A DNA stretch of 64,000 bases from Podarcis melisellensis (Eukaryota): the NCBI GenBank assembly GCA_964234715.1, contig OZ174286.1, one strand, 5' to 3'. This document shows, piece after piece, positions 23,878 through 37,506 of this stretch. How positions within the stretch are numbered: position 1 is the stretch's first letter; each line of letters starts with the position of its first letter. The position numbers and the translations under genes were made by a program. Under the pieces are notes generated by a model. The model was not told the DNA's origin and did no database searches. It was given only the letters and a program-made list of their open reading frames with translations.

Positions 23878-24055
23878 TAAGCATTCAAATCTAGGGCAAG
23901 AATAGAGGGGAATTCATGGCTTGTTATCATGCCCCTGACTGTTCTGTCTATGAATGTTCTTTCTTCTAAATTGATCTTATAGGAATGGATCTGATGGTTG
24001 AATTTACAAGAGATATAGCCGTTTAAAATCAACACAAGATACTGTTCCAACTCAC

Positions 24056-24177
24056 TGATTGTTTCTTTTACGGCTGTTTCTATTTCTTGGTCCTTTTGTG
24101 CCATCTGGGTATTGAATTCCCTCATCAACTGCTTTAATGTGGAGTTGTGCTTCAATTCAATGTCCTCCTGTTCATAT
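24056..24177 (-). CDS. GOLGA4: GOLGA4 exon 17 (YEQEDIELKHNSTLKQLMREFNTQ...KETI, 122 nt)
   Basis: TTGTAG| acceptor and A|GTGAGT donor; phase 2/1. Confidence 0.94.
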
Positions 24178-24994
24178 CTACAAAGGTACAGCAAAATAAG
24201 TCCAGATTTTCTAGGGCAGATATGGCAATTCAAAAGTAAAGCAAAAAAGCATATTAATTTCCAACAGAGAGATTTGAGAGCCTGCCAAGCATAAGATTGT
24301 GTTAAAATAAATGGCTTTCACTAACAGTTTTTCTTTACATTTGTATGGTTATCTGTATGACTGAGACAATAGTTACTGAAAAGAGAAAAATAATTCATTA
24401 AGAAAAATGTTACCAAATAAATTTTTTTGTGAAAACATACTGAGGATAAAATTTCATCTACCTATGATAATTGAAAAATGTGCCCAGATAAGGCTATAAA
24501 AAGGAGGATTTGCTCCAAGTGCAGCTTATACAAATCCAATTAATTTTGTTAGGGCAAATTAAATAATTTAATTACACCATGTAAACATAACCTGATATTT
24601 GACCTGCAAACTCCTAAGGCTTTTGGGACAATGTAGAACAAGGATGTAGACCCAGCAATCTTCCCCTTTGAGGCACATGAAATGAAACCAAGAAACAACT
24701 AAGTTTCCAGCTGCTATAGTTTCCAGCTGCATCCAAACCAGCCAGAATATTAAATTTGGATAAATGGGAAAGTATGGTTAGAGACTTCTTGGTTTGATTA
24801 TTAAAGTGAGATAAAGGGATGAATTAAGGAGCTTGTGTACTGAGGGCAGAGAATAAGGTTCACTTGAGCCTTTTTAAATGGAGTTACAATTGCCCAAATG
24901 CAGCCAAGGACTTGTTTTCCATATGATTTGCTATGAATTTGAAGGATTTATTTTGCCAATGCTGATTATGATTAATAGAGGTTTCATATATCAA

Positions 24995-25347
24995 GGGACG
25001 TGGGTGGCGCTGTAAGTTAAACCACAGAGCCTAGGGCTTACCGATCAGAAGGTCGCCGGTTCGAATCCCCGTGATGGGGTGAGCTCCCATTGCTCAGTCC
25101 CAGCTCCTGCCCACCTAGCAGTTCTAAAGCACATCAAAGTGCAAGTAGATAAATAGGTACCACTCTGGCGGGAAGGTAAATAGCGTTTCCGTGCGTTGCT
25201 CTGGTTCGCCAGAAGCGGCTTAGTCATGCTGGCCACATGACCTGGAAGCTGTAGGCCAGCTCCCTCGGCCAGTAAAGTGAGATAAGCGCTGCAACCCCAG
25301 AGTCGTCCGCGACTGGACCTAACGGTCAGGGGTCCCTTTCCCTTTAC
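24995..25347 (+). mobile_element. Sauria SINE
   Basis: Full length; ~110 nt from the donor of the giant exon. Confidence 0.92.
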
Positions 25348-25459
25348 ATCAAGCAGTTTGGACATAAAGTTACGTAATGTCAACTTTTCTTATTTTATAC
25401 AGTGTTACTGCTCATGCAGGAGCTTACTGATAATTTTTTGGACTACTACTAGAACTTAC

Positions 25460-28400
25460 TTTATTTTTTGTTCCATTTCTTCTACCGATTCTTTTTTCAT
25501 TATCTCCAGCTCCTGCTGATGTTCCTTCCGCAGGATGCGCAAATCCTTCTGTAGCCTATTGACATCTTTGGCAAGTTTCTGTTTCTCCCGCTCAGTCTCC
25601 TCCACTTTAGCTTGCAAATCCTTTTGCTCGATGTGCAGATCATCAAGCTGTTTCTGAAGCTCAAAGACCGATCTACTCTTTTCTTCTGTGCTTTCTTTCA
25701 AGTCTTTTATAAGGCCATTTCTTTCCTCCAGCTGCTGTTGGAGTCCCTGCAAATTTTCATCATGTTTTGAAATAGTATCTCCCATCTCAATTCTGTTCAG
25801 TTCTCTCTCTTTTGTTAAAGTCTCGTCCAAACTGTGTATCTTTTGTTGCAAAGACTGCCTCTCTCCCTCCTTTTCTTGCAGCTTTTCCTGCAAGTCTTTA
25901 ATCATACCCTCCATATTTTGCTCTTTTTGTTCTTTGGTTTTCAATTCTTCTTGGATAGCTGCATGCTTCTTAATTTGCTCCTCAAGTGCTTGTTGAAGCT
26001 TTTCAAGGTCTTCTTGCTCCTTTTTACAGAGTTCTTCTTGTTGATGCTGAGCCTCTAGCTTTGAAACACTACTTGCTTTTTGTTCCTCCTCATACATCTT
26101 TAGCTGTCTCTCCTTTTCCAATAAATCTTTTTGTAAACCATCTATTTTTAATTCATACATCTGTTGCATGTTCCCTAATGCACATACTTTGTCTTGTTCT
26201 GTGGAAACTTTTAAGGTTTCTACCTTCTGTATCATCTCCTTTTCTAACTCAGAATTGATTGATCTAATTTTGCCTTCTAAATACGTAATCTTGTCTTCTT
26301 TGTCTTGCAACTGTTGCTTTAACTGCTGTTCCATCTCTTGTCTATATTGCTGTTCCCTTTCTTCCATTTGAGATGTCAGTTGCTTCTTAATAGAAGCAAT
26401 TTTTTGTTCCGCCTTTTTTTTCAGGTCTCCTATTTTAGCAGTGGTTTCTGAAGTAAGCCTCTCTTCCAAAGACTTTAATTCTTCCTCTTTGCTTTTCATT
26501 AAAGCCACTTTTGTTTCTTCAAATTCTTTTGATTTTTCCCCAAGGTCAACTTCCATGGTCTGCATTTTCTTTTCAAAAAGTAGTACTTCTTGTTCCATCT
26601 CTTTAAGCCTTTTATCCTTTTCCATAACTGCCACCTGAGTTTGTTGAAGCTCTTGTGCCAGCTCTTTTTGCGCACTGTTCTGCTCATTGTGCCTTTTGAG
26701 TTCGTCCATTAAGGAATCATTTTCTGCTGTTTTCCGAGTGATGTGTTCTTCTAGCTCAGCAATTCTTGCTGTATGGATTTTTAACTCGGCAACCAAATCA
26801 GACTCTTGTTTTTCTCTTCTAATCTGCTTTTGTTCCAGTAAGCCTTTCAAATGTTCTATGTGTTTGGTTTGCTTATCACACACTTCCTTCATTTTATTCA
26901 ATTCCTCTTCTTTCTCAATAGCTTGGTTATTACTTAGTTCAACTTTGTTTTGTAGTTCTTTAATTATGTTATGATTCTGTGTAAATCTTGACTGGGCTTT
27001 CTTCTTCCACTCTGACATCTTGTTCATCCAGTGGTCTACCTGTTCAAGAGCAGTTGCTTTTTCCTGACTCAGTGTTTCAATTCTGGAAGACAATTCTTGC
27101 ACCTCATTCAACAGCTGAAGTCGATTTTCTTTGTGTTGCTTGTTTAACTGAGTTGTAGCAGCATCTTTTTCTGATTTGTCGATTTCAAGCTTGAGATTTA
27201 ACTCACTGACAAGTTTGTTAAGATCAGTGATCTCTGCCTTCTTTTCATTTAGCTCCTCCTTCAGAGAAGTGACAGCATTAATATGTTCAGACAATTCTTT
27301 CTTCAATTGTGTGATGAAAGTTTCTTTCTCTGTTGCTGCTTCCTGCTGGTGTCCTCCTTCTTTTTGCAATTGCTCTTTTTCTGTTACGAGTCTGTCAATA
27401 TCCACTTTCATAGACATTATCAAGTTTTCCTTTTCTTGCAAGTGTTGTTTTGATTCTTTGAAGCAGCTGGTTAAAGTATCACGACTCTCTCTTATTTGCT
27501 TAAGTTGAGCTTCTAGGTCAGGAATTTTACAGGTTTTAATTAATATTGCTTCTTTTATTTTTGTTGAGCAATTGTGACAGTGTACAACTCTAGAAATTGC
27601 CGAAGAAATTTTTTCATTGCATTTCTCAAGCAGTTCAGTGATTTTTATTTCTAGGAAAGATTCTGCTTTCTGCCGGTAATCCTCTAGTTGTGTAGCTATA
27701 TCCCTTGCAAACTTCTCAAATTCCGCTTTTTTTTGTTGAAGCTCCAAATGTTTGTCCTCCAGTTTTTTCTCATAATCTTCACACTCTTTAGAATGTGACA
27801 ATTTCAGAGCCTTGAGTTGTTCATCATATGTTTTCAACTTCTCTGCCAGCTCACTGACTTTGTTCTTCTCTTTTTCTCCTGCTGCTTTTACTTCACTAAG
27901 CTGTTCCTGGACTTCTATCTTCTCCTTCAGAGACAAACTAAGGTCATCCTCTAGTTTCTCAAGTTGCTTTTTCAAATCAGTTTCTCTCTGCGTCAAAACT
28001 GTCACTTGAGCTGATGTCTGCTGTAGCTGTTCTTGCAACTCATTCAACAATTTGTCCCTCTCTGTCCGTTCATTCTTTAACCGAGTAATATCTGCATTTC
28101 TGTCCTCTCTTTCAATACTGAAGGTGGCCAGTTTCTGTTTCAGGTCTCCTACTTCTTGATCTTTCTCTTGCAACTCCATTTCATGCTTTTCTCCAAGTTC
28201 TTCAGCCATCTGACTCAGCTTCTTCTCCCAGGTTTGGACAACTTCTTCTAGTTCTTGTTTGTGAGCTTCAAGCAGGCTTTCTAGTTGTTCCTTCTGATTC
28301 TTCTCCAGTTTTGACACGGCATCATCAATTCCAGTTGAACTGGCATGGGCCATTTCCAGCATTTTTGCATTGAATTGCTTCTCTTTCTGACTAAATTCCA

Positions 28401-29652
28401 ACTGTTTATTCTCCATCTCCTTTTTGAGTTTTGCTTCCTGCTCTGAAAGTTTCTTCTTGAATCTCTCTTGCATTTCCTTGGATTTTCCTTTAACTTTCTC
28501 CATTTGTGTCTCTTGTTGCTTAAATCTGATTTCATATTCACTCTTTAAAGCACTAATTTCTGCCTCTTTGGCTGATAGCTGCTGTCCAAGATTCTCAATT
28601 TGTTGATTCAATAGCCCTTTTGTTTGTTCAAGCTCCTTTTCCTTATCAGTAAAATGACTCTTTGCCTGATTTACCTCTTCTCTAAGATCTCTTAACTGTG
28701 ATTCATGCTGTTCTGTAAGAGATGACACTTTCTGCTGATTTTCTTTCTTTTGCTCCTCAAGTTCACATTTCAGATCATGTACCTCGGATATCCGAATCTT
28801 TAATTCAGCTTTGAGTTCATTCAGTTCAGCTTGGGTTTTTACAATCTGTTCATCAAGACGTGATTTTTCAGCGTCTACATTTCCCAGCTTTTGCTGCAAA
28901 TCTATTAACTTTTGTTCGTAAATGTTTGCTTGTTCTCTGGCCATGCTCTCCTTGGACTGAAAAAGGCCATCTAGTTCAGTAGACTTTTCTTTGCATTCAA
29001 TTTCAGCCTTTCTAAGAGATTCCTTCAGTGTTTTCAAATGCTCTTCCAATTCCACTTGGCATTTCTCTTTTTCTTCCAAGAGTAGCTTGAGTTGACTAAT
29101 TTCATCTTTAAATGTTTTCTCCATGACTTCCTTATCTTTAAAGATAGTTTCAACTTGTTCCTTATGATGGATCTTCTGTTGCTCCAGCTTCCCCTCAAAC
29201 TCTAGCTTTGCTCTATCTGCATCATCTTTTAATATCGACAAACGCTGTTCAAGATCTTGGCGAATTTTTAGTGTGTCTGATAACTCAGAAGAGAGTGCTT
29301 CTAGCTCGGTTTGTTTCACATCAAGCTTTTCTAAAGTTTTTTCGTTCATCTCTTCTATATGGCCGTGAAATTGAGTCTCTTTCTCTTTCAATACTTTATT
29401 CACTTCATCCAGCTGCATTTTCAATTTGTCCATTTCTGACTGCTTCTGCCGTGTTAATGTATCAAGTTTTTCTGCCCAAACTTGTTGTTCTTGCCGTTTC
29501 ACATCCTCAAGCTCTTCTCTATGTTTTTCAACCATGGCAGTGATTTCTTTATTGTGCCTGTTGTTTTCTGATTCTATTTGAGCAGTCAGTTCCTCCAACT
29601 GGCGGTCATTCTGCGAACACTTTGGAAGGGAACTTTCCAATTCTAGAATTCT
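25460..29652 (-). CDS. GOLGA4: GOLGA4 exon 16, giant coiled-coil exon (RILELESSL...EEMEQKI, 4193 nt)
   Basis: Core of the 1442-aa ORF; E/K/Q/L-rich heptads; AACAG| acceptor and AA|GTAAGT donor (phase 2). Confidence 0.96.
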
Positions 29653-30958
29653 CTGTTTAAAAGATTGGTTGAAAAATATCATCAATCCCTTTTTCTGTGA
29701 CTGACTCCTACTTGAATATAATACTTTAATGAAATTATTACTATGAGCTATACATTTCAAAACATTATGACATAATCCATCCAAAATTAAGTACTTTCAA
29801 ATCCCATTGATGGGCGCGTTAAACATATGCTCCGCTGCCTCCCATGTGAATCAATAGAACTCCAAAGTGCTGAACTTTGGCTGGATTGCACCCTTAATAG
29901 GTGCCAATTGATGTAGCCTTGATGTACAAAAGGAGAGTGGGGAAATATTACTGGACCCAAAGCTGAGGAAAACTTCCAGAACCACTACATACCTTTCTCA
30001 TTAAAGTGGAATAAAGTCAAATAGCAAGGGGGGGGTCTCAAATTCCATCACAATGAATAATAACAAGAACAATTTGAATCTTCAAAGTATGACCAAGATA
30101 AGAAAGTCCTTAACAAAATATTTCTTCAAAAGAGCTAACTTTGGCCTTAGACTGAGCCAAGTGATGGTCAGTTCTTCCCGTCTCCCTAAGAGGCATGGCA
30201 TTATCAACTGCACAGGATGCCTGTCAGATCAAAATCAGCACAACAGACTTACACACTGCTTTTGACATTGTGTCTCCACCCCACTTCCACATGGCCTAGG
30301 GCACACGTACCTAGGTTACAAGGTATACAGGTTCTTGGAACTAAGCGATTGGCTATTCTTGAATTAGAGGGGAATGGTCACATTCACCTACCGAATCATT
30401 TAAAGCTCCTGGAAAAGGGCATCTAACAAAGCAGTAGTTTGTACAAAGAGAAAGTTGTGTAGCTGACTCCCAAACACGAATCCTGATAATGTAAGGATGA
30501 ACATCATATGCCTCCTATGTTCTGTTTCTAAGACCACCAAGGCATGTGGAAGAGGAAGGCAAGGAATGATGCAACAGGGGAATATGAGGCTAGGTTATTC
30601 TCCTCCTGCTGCAACATATCTATTTAGAGACACTATGTTTGGCTCAAATCACAGTTTCTGCCCCCTTTGTTGTCTGCCTCAACTGATTTCACAATCTTTC
30701 GCATGAATCACATTGTGTTTTTAATATTTTGTTGGGAGTCGCCCAGAATGGCTGGGTCAACCTAATCAGATGGGTGGCATATAATAAAATGTAATAATAA
30801 TAATAATAATAAACCAGCCATGCCTTTGGGGCCAAGCACCCGTCCCAAATTTCTCCCATTAGACGCAATTATAGGTATGCATACCCCTCAAATGCAGTTT
30901 ACATTTTAGGTTTGTGCAATATAAAAAAGCAGTCCAATGTTCCAAATCTTTTACTCAC

Positions 30959-31114
30959 AGTTTTGAAGGTTTCTATTTCTTGCTGCATGTCCTCTAGCTT
31001 TTTGTCACATTCCAGCTGAATTGCTTTTTTCTGCAATTCCAGTTCTTCTAGGGCTAAAGATTCCTGTTGTTCTTTTTCTTGTGTAGTTTGTAGGTGTTCA
31101 CTCCGGCACTTTTC
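30959..31114 (-). CDS. GOLGA4: GOLGA4 exon 15 (EKCRSEHLQ...QESLALEELELQKKAI...ETFKT, 156 nt)
   Basis: CACAG| acceptor and ACT|GTGAGT donor. Confidence 0.93.
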
Positions 31115-32483
31115 CTGTGTCAAGAATTATGACTTTTTAAAAAAGAAAGTACCATAAAGTCACTGATCTATCAGCAGCACTAGGAGTATTATCTATTTTA
31201 ATTCTTGCTCGTACATTTTTTTTAAAAAAGTGGATATCACACAAACAGATTAAAAGTCCACAAAGAACCTTATAATTTTATATTTTTCATGTAACTGTAA
31301 AGAATCTGAAAGTGAAGTTTCTGTGTGCAGAAAATGAAGAAATAGCAGCAATAATCTAGATTTAGAATTAATCTATTAGTCCTTATCTAACCTTACATAC
31401 GTACATGACCAGCAGTAACAGAGTCTAAGGGAAAAGCTTCCAGGTCAAAACTCTGCAACCTTTTCCTCAGCATAATTCCCTGACTCTACCTATCCATCGA
31501 TAGGGATGCAAGCATTTGTTCCATGGTATACAGGGAGCCTTCAACCAAACACAGTTCAGCTTACTAATATTTGCATTTGCAAACTCTTGAGTAAAGGTGA
31601 CTGGATAAAAAAGACTGCCTTTTCAGTTACACAACACAATGAAATATGGACAAGTTCTGTCTGGAAACTCTTATACAGAAATCCATTTCCATACATTATG
31701 TTTCAGGTATATGTTTAAACCAAGCAAACTACCTAAAAAGGGGTGTGGGAGAAAGAAAAAGGAAGCCTTTAGAACAGACAGGCAAACTCTCCAAAACATG
31801 TCAAAAGTTCAGAAGTTCCTCTTTATGTAGCAGGCATGTCTAGAACATCTAGGATTGGCTACTGTAATGTACTGCATGTGCAGTTACCCTTGAAAACTAT
31901 TTTAAAAACTACCAAGTTTGTTCAAAGTACAGTGTCCTGTCTGTTGACTGGGACAAGTCAGCGGGAAGGTATCCTGCCAATACTGAAAGCACTAGCTTCT
32001 TGCTAGTTTCCAAGCACAACTGAAAATCCTAGTGCTCATATTTAAAGCCTTCTAGAGTTTAGGACACTGGTCCCATACCAATCTGCCAGTATATTGAGGC
32101 CATTTTCAGAGGCTCTCCTCCAGGTGCCCCAAATTTCTGGAGGTACGAAATGGTGGGATCCCTACCATTTACTTCCACTGTTATCCTTTTGACACCAGGC
32201 ACCAACATTCTATTCTCCCAAACTTTTTAATGCATTTTTGTGTTCTTGATTAACATGAATTTACTTATTGCATTTTATTTTAGAAATTGCTGAAGGGTGG
32301 TGTGCATATATGTATATATTTTAAATAAATAGGTGTTATTATTCACTTGGTCTGTAGATTCCCAGCTATACATCCAAATGCATCTTTATGCACCAAGTTC
32401 TCCTATTCATACTAAGATTTATTCATCATCACAAACACACATATACACATACTAGTCCCATCTGGCTCTTAAGAGACACTTAC

Positions 32484-32615
32484 AAGAGCTGTTTTCATTT
32501 GTTCCTGAAACGCCTGGTCTTGAGCCCGTAATCTATCATTTAATAACTGTTCTTTGCTAGCCAATTCCCTTTTATGTAACTTTTCTAGTTCGGTAATTCG
32601 TTCTTCTGAAGATTT
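32484..32615 (-). CDS. GOLGA4: GOLGA4 exon 14 (KSSEERITELEKLH...QMKTAL, 132 nt)
   Basis: TTGCAG| acceptor and CTT|GTAAGT donor; open coiled-coil frame. Confidence 0.92.
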
Positions 32616-33159
32616 CTGCAAATTTGAAAGGCACACGTCTGATGTTACCCAAGAAACAAAGGTGCTTCTATATTATTGATCAAAGAGAAATGAAATAAAG
32701 AACAAAAATGTGACTAAACAGATTGCTTTCTTGCAAGAAATGCTATTTGGTGCTTTTTTTTAAAAAAAAAAAAGATCCAAAAGAGTTCCAGTTCACATCT
32801 GCCATTCTATATACATTTACTAAGGAATAAGTCCCATTCACCTCAAAGAGGCAGAGATGCAGAGAATTGCACTATGAATGATTCGCATCTTCCCATTCAG
32901 TTTTTAATAGGCCTTCAAGAGTACAATTCTAATTATGCTTACTCCGAAGCCCACTGAATCCAATGGGCCTTACTTCAAAGTATGCATGCATAGAACTACA
33001 GCCAAACAGTGCAATCCTATTAATATTTACTCAGCAGTAATAGCTGCATACAATGGAGTTAACTCCCAGATAAGTATGTTATAGCATTACAACCTTAGTC
33101 ATATATTTCTGGGTGTTGCCTAGCAGCCAGGTTCAACACAATACTACAGAATCCATATA

Positions 33160-34102
33160 CAGTGGTGCCCCGCAAGACGAATGCCTCGCAAGACGAAAAA
33201 CCCGCAAGACGAAAGGGTTTTTCGGTTTTTGCGACGCTTCGCTAGACGATTTTCCCTATGGGCTTGCATCGCAAGACGAAAGCCCATAGGGAAATCTCGG
33301 GGACCTTTTTTTAAATGCTGGCGGTGGGGAGCAAAGCCTTTTCCCCCCCTCCGGACTTCAGAAGAGGTCCAGGAAGGCCGGCGGGGGCGAAAGGCTTTGC
33401 TCCCCACCGCCAGCATTTTAAAAGCGGTCCGGGATAGCAGGGAATCGCTTCCCGCTATCCCGGACGGCTTTTGAAGGCAGGCAGGGGGGAGCAAAGACTT
33501 TTGCCCCCCGCCAGAGGTCCTGGACCTCTTCCGAAGGCGGGCGGGGGGCAAAAGTCTTTGCTCCCCCCTGCCTGCCTTTCCGGGAGAGCGGAAAAGGCAG
33601 CGTTGCCTTCCCGCTCTCCCGGAAAGGCAGGCAGGGGGGAGCAAAGACTTTTGCCCCCCGCCCGCCTTCGGAAGAGGTCCAGGACCTCTTCCCAAGGCGG
33701 GCGGGGGGCAAAAGTCTTTGTCCCCCTGCCTGCCTTCCCGGGGGCTTTTAAATCGCCCCGGGACAGCTGAGAATTCCTCCGCTGTTCCGGGGCGATTTTA
33801 AAATGCTGGCAGGCAGCAGCGAAGGCTTCGCTGCCGCCCGCCAGCATTTTAAAAGCCCCCGGGACTGTCCCGGGAAGGCAGGCGGGGGGGGGGAAGCAAA
33901 GACTTTCGCCCCCGCCAGCCTTCAGAAGAGGTCGGGGGACAGACTGTCCCCAGACCTGGTCTGAAGGCGGTTCGGTTTCCATAGGAATGCATTAATTGAT
34001 TTTTAATGCATTCCTATGGGAAACCGTGCTTCGCAAGACGAAAAACTCGCAAGACGAAAAGACTTGCGGAACGAATTAATTTCGTCTTGCGAGGCACCAC
34101 TG
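33160..34102. mobile_element. Tc1/mariner-type MITE (CAGTGGTGCCCCGCAAGA family, 943 bp) with GC-rich internal palindromes
   Basis: TIRs with TA TSD; same ends as 21982-22335 and 55848-56361. Confidence 0.9.
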
Positions 34103-34265
34103 TACCTTTTCTTCGTTACAGAGATTCAAACAATTCCTATCCATATTTTGGTTTTGCAGCACAGAAAGTAGCATGATTAAACACACAAATTCTTTTGTGT
34201 GTTAAACAAGGTTTTAGTGGAACAGTGTAAAGCTGCAAGATTGATTTATTATCAGATTCTTAGTA

Positions 34266-34470
34266 CAGTGGTACCTCGGGTTACAGGCGCTTCAGGGTTG
34301 CGCACCGCGCTGAACTCAGAAATACCGGAACGGGTTACTTCTGGGTTTTGGCGCTTGCACATGCACAGAACTGCCAAATCGCGACCTGCGTGTGCACAGA
34401 CGCAGCACTGTGGGTTGTGAACGTGCCTCCCGCACGGATCCTGCTGCAAAACCAACCCGAGGTTCCACTG
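34266..34470. mobile_element. Tc1/mariner-type MITE
   Basis: TA|CAGTGGTACCTCGGGTT ... AACCCGAGGTTCCACTG|TA. Confidence 0.85.
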
Positions 34471-34474
34471 TATA

Positions 34475-34815
34475 AAGGTAAGGGTAAAGGGACCCCTGAC
34501 CATTAGGTCCAGTCGTGACCGATTCTGGGGTTGCAGCACTGAACTCGCTTTATTGGCCAAGGGATCCGGCGTACAGCTTCCGGGTCATGTGGCCAGCATG
34601 ACTAAGCTGCTTCTGGCGAACCAGAGCAGTGCACAGAAACGCCGTTTACCTTCCCGCTTCCCTACTTGCACTTTGACGTGCTTTCGACCTGCTAGGTTGG
34701 CAGGAGCAGGGACCAAGCAACGGGAGCTCACCCCGTCGCGGGGATTTGAACCGCCGACCTTCTGATCGGCAAGTCCTAGGCTCTGTGGTTTAACCCTCAG
34801 CACCACCCGCGTCCC
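34475..34815 (-). mobile_element. Sauria SINE
   Basis: Full length; TSD GTTCCACTGTATA (34462-34474 / 34816-34828). Confidence 0.92.
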
Positions 34816-34965
34816 GTTCCACTGTATACTGCACTTTTATTCACCCATACACCCTCCCAACAAGGGAAGATTGAACTCTGCCAGTATTAACATGATATAT
34901 TCTGATTTCAGCGTGAATTGTTACCTTATCTCTGCAGTTTACTTTACAGAAGATCTAGCATTTAC

Positions 34966-35144
34966 CTTCATAATATTAACCACCTCCTGCTTCACCCTTG
35001 TTAATTCCTGTTGAAGGCTCACACGCTCTTCCTCGCTTGCTTTTTCTACTGCCTTGATCCTTTCATCCATTTCTGCTTGCAGTTTCTTGCGTGCTTCTTC
35101 AGTCCTTTGGGCTGCACTGAGAGCCTTCTCAAGCTCTTCAAATG
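34966..35144 (-). CDS. GOLGA4: GOLGA4 exon 13 (AFEELEKALSAAQRTEEAR...VNIMK, 179 nt)
   Basis: CTGCAG| acceptor and AAG|GTAAAT donor; phase 1/0. Confidence 0.94.
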
Positions 35145-37329
35145 CTGCAGAAAACAAGGAAAAGAAGAGGTTATATGTATGGTTTAACATGGCAGAAACT
35201 CTAGACAAAGTAAAATTACCATATGTAGGCCATATTCTCACTGAATAACCTAGCTAAAGAGAAATCATGAAGTCAGCCTGGAAAGGCAAACATTTACTAT
35301 CATGTCAACAAAATAAAGCTCAGAAATCAAGGGACTAGGCTCTGCTTCCTGCTTAGTGTCAAACCTCTCAACCCTTAAAATAAATTGAACAAGAATATTG
35401 TATAGAAGAGGTAATTCAACAGAAATTCCCTTTTCACTCATGACTGCATAGCAATTCTCAGGAGTCTATAAGAATGTCTGGAATGCCTGCACTCATGTAA
35501 TCCTAAGAGCAGCTTCTTTGCATTAGAAACGTGAATAACTATACTGCCATTTAACTTTAATACCGTTTCTTTAAAATTTATTACAGCTCAATTGGTATCC
35601 TTGTTTTAGCTCTCTAGAAGACAGGTCAGAACACTACTTTTATCAGCACATAACACTAAATCTAACTATGGCTAAGTGTGAACAAGCAAAAATCACAACC
35701 ACTTCATTCCTCCTCTGAGCCTGTTGCACTACCAGAATCCAAGTCATGGTTTGCTTTGGCATTACATGCAAATCTGAGCCACAGGTTGTTGTCTCCAAAG
35801 AAACAATGAGTGATAAACAAATAACAGCTGGTTACAACTCATAGTTTATTTGGAATGAGACAAACCATAAGCCTGGACTCACACATACTGCTAAACCAAA
35901 TGGTGATTTAGCTCTCAGTATTACCGCAGCAAAAGGAGGGAAGCAAAACAGCTGATATTTTTGCTCTGTGCATCAGCAAACTTGCTCATGTTAACCTAAG
36001 CCACAGTTTGGCATAGTGTTATATGTGAACCAAGTCTGGGCAGTGCATAATTAATATTGCAACTTGCTGATTATTTACTATGCATATGACTATATGCTGG
36101 TATTGTCTTAGTCTTCCTTTTATGTAAATTTAGTTGGTGTTTTAGCTGCCTTGATTGTTCCTTTTTAAGATAAAAAAGTGGAATGATGATTGTTTTAAAT
36201 ACATGAAAAATAATTTTATAATTTAAAAAATGTTATGACAATGTTATGACTGGAGAATTTTTATCAATGTTGTTGTTTTGGCATAGTAAAATCCTCAAGT
36301 GGGGGGGGGATCAAGTTGCCACATTAGTTAAAATTTAGGAACTGCCATATAATCAAAACATTAACACTACTGCATTTAAAAATATGGCACTGCCCATCTT
36401 CTCTGTCTTTTAATGAATTATCTATAAGCAGTAGCATTGGCTGCTACTGAGCTATGGTTGCAAATGTCTAGCACAGTGTCACAGCACTGTCAAGGCTGCA
36501 ATCCTATATTTGGGTGTAGGCTCCACTGAATTCAATGGGTCTTACTACTGAGTAGACACTCACAGAATTGTGCTAAATTTTACAAGGGGGAAAGGAAATG
36601 ATTCAACATGAGAATGCTATTTTGGGTGGCAGCAGCCTGTCAACTGCAACACACACTTTCCCCCTTAAGCTCTGATGGAGGATGAGCAATGAAACCTCAT
36701 GGTGCAATAAATCAGAATTTAAGGTGTCTAAAAGGCACTCTGTCTAAAAGGCAGAGTTCATAAATGCACAGGCCATTTTATTATTTATTTATTTATTTTT
36801 AGCTTTTTGAAGTGTAAAGTGGGTGAAAAAGAAACACATATTCAGGTCCACAGGCAGGAAGAACAGAAACTTTCCGGTAAAGACTAGGAATGACTACTCA
36901 AATGCAGAAACCCAGCAACATGCAGCTGTATTACCATAAATACAAACACATGACACCAGGAAGAAAGCTAGGCAAGCATGAAAACACAAAGAAGCAGCAC
37001 TTCACAGAAACACATTCTGTTCTCTAAAAGTAAAATTTTATGCATCTCAGGCATCCTAACACATAAGCAGAAACACAACATTACTATTTGAGGTAGCTAA
37101 TTCTAATACAAGGGGCAGGTGCCAGCTGCAAATTATTGTGTATACTCATGAAGTTACGCAACAGGTGTCCATGTTCACCTTTTACTCACTCAGTGAGTCT
37201 GGTTAATGCAAAGCTATAAAACCAAATCGTAAAACAGAGGTGGGTTTTCGCCCCCCCATTATACTAGCATAGCTTTTTCAAAGTAACCAATGTGTAAGAA
37301 TATTCTGCAATTTGCACTTGACAGGAAAT

Positions 37330-37506
37330 CTAAGCAAGAGCTGTTTGACAGTGGAATGGGGTACTTCCCAAGTTCATTGGAGGTTTTTAAACAGAGGTTG
37401 GATGGCAATTTGTCAGTGATTATTTAGCTGTGTTTCCTGCACTGCACAAGGTTGGACAAGATGACGCTTCAGTTCCCATCCAGCTCTACAATTCTGTGTT
37501 TCTATG
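37330..37506 (+). mobile_element. CR1 LINE 3' fragment (degenerate)
   Basis: GAGCTGTTTGACAGTGGAA...GTTTTTAAACAGAGGTTGGATGG...ATTCTGTG tail. Confidence 0.7.

Noticed and set aside
25688-29543. Several + strand ORFs rich in S/F/C/L
   Set aside because: These are antisense shadows of the E/K/Q-rich coiled-coil exon.
29653-29784. N-terminal extension (MDGLCHN...) of the 1442-aa ORF as a stand-alone gene
   Set aside because: This is intronic read-through; the real exon begins at the AG acceptor before RILELES and is part of GOLGA4.
33144-33982. Overlapping GC-rich ORFs of 97-183 aa
   Set aside because: They arise from palindromic MITE internal repeats and have no transposase motifs.
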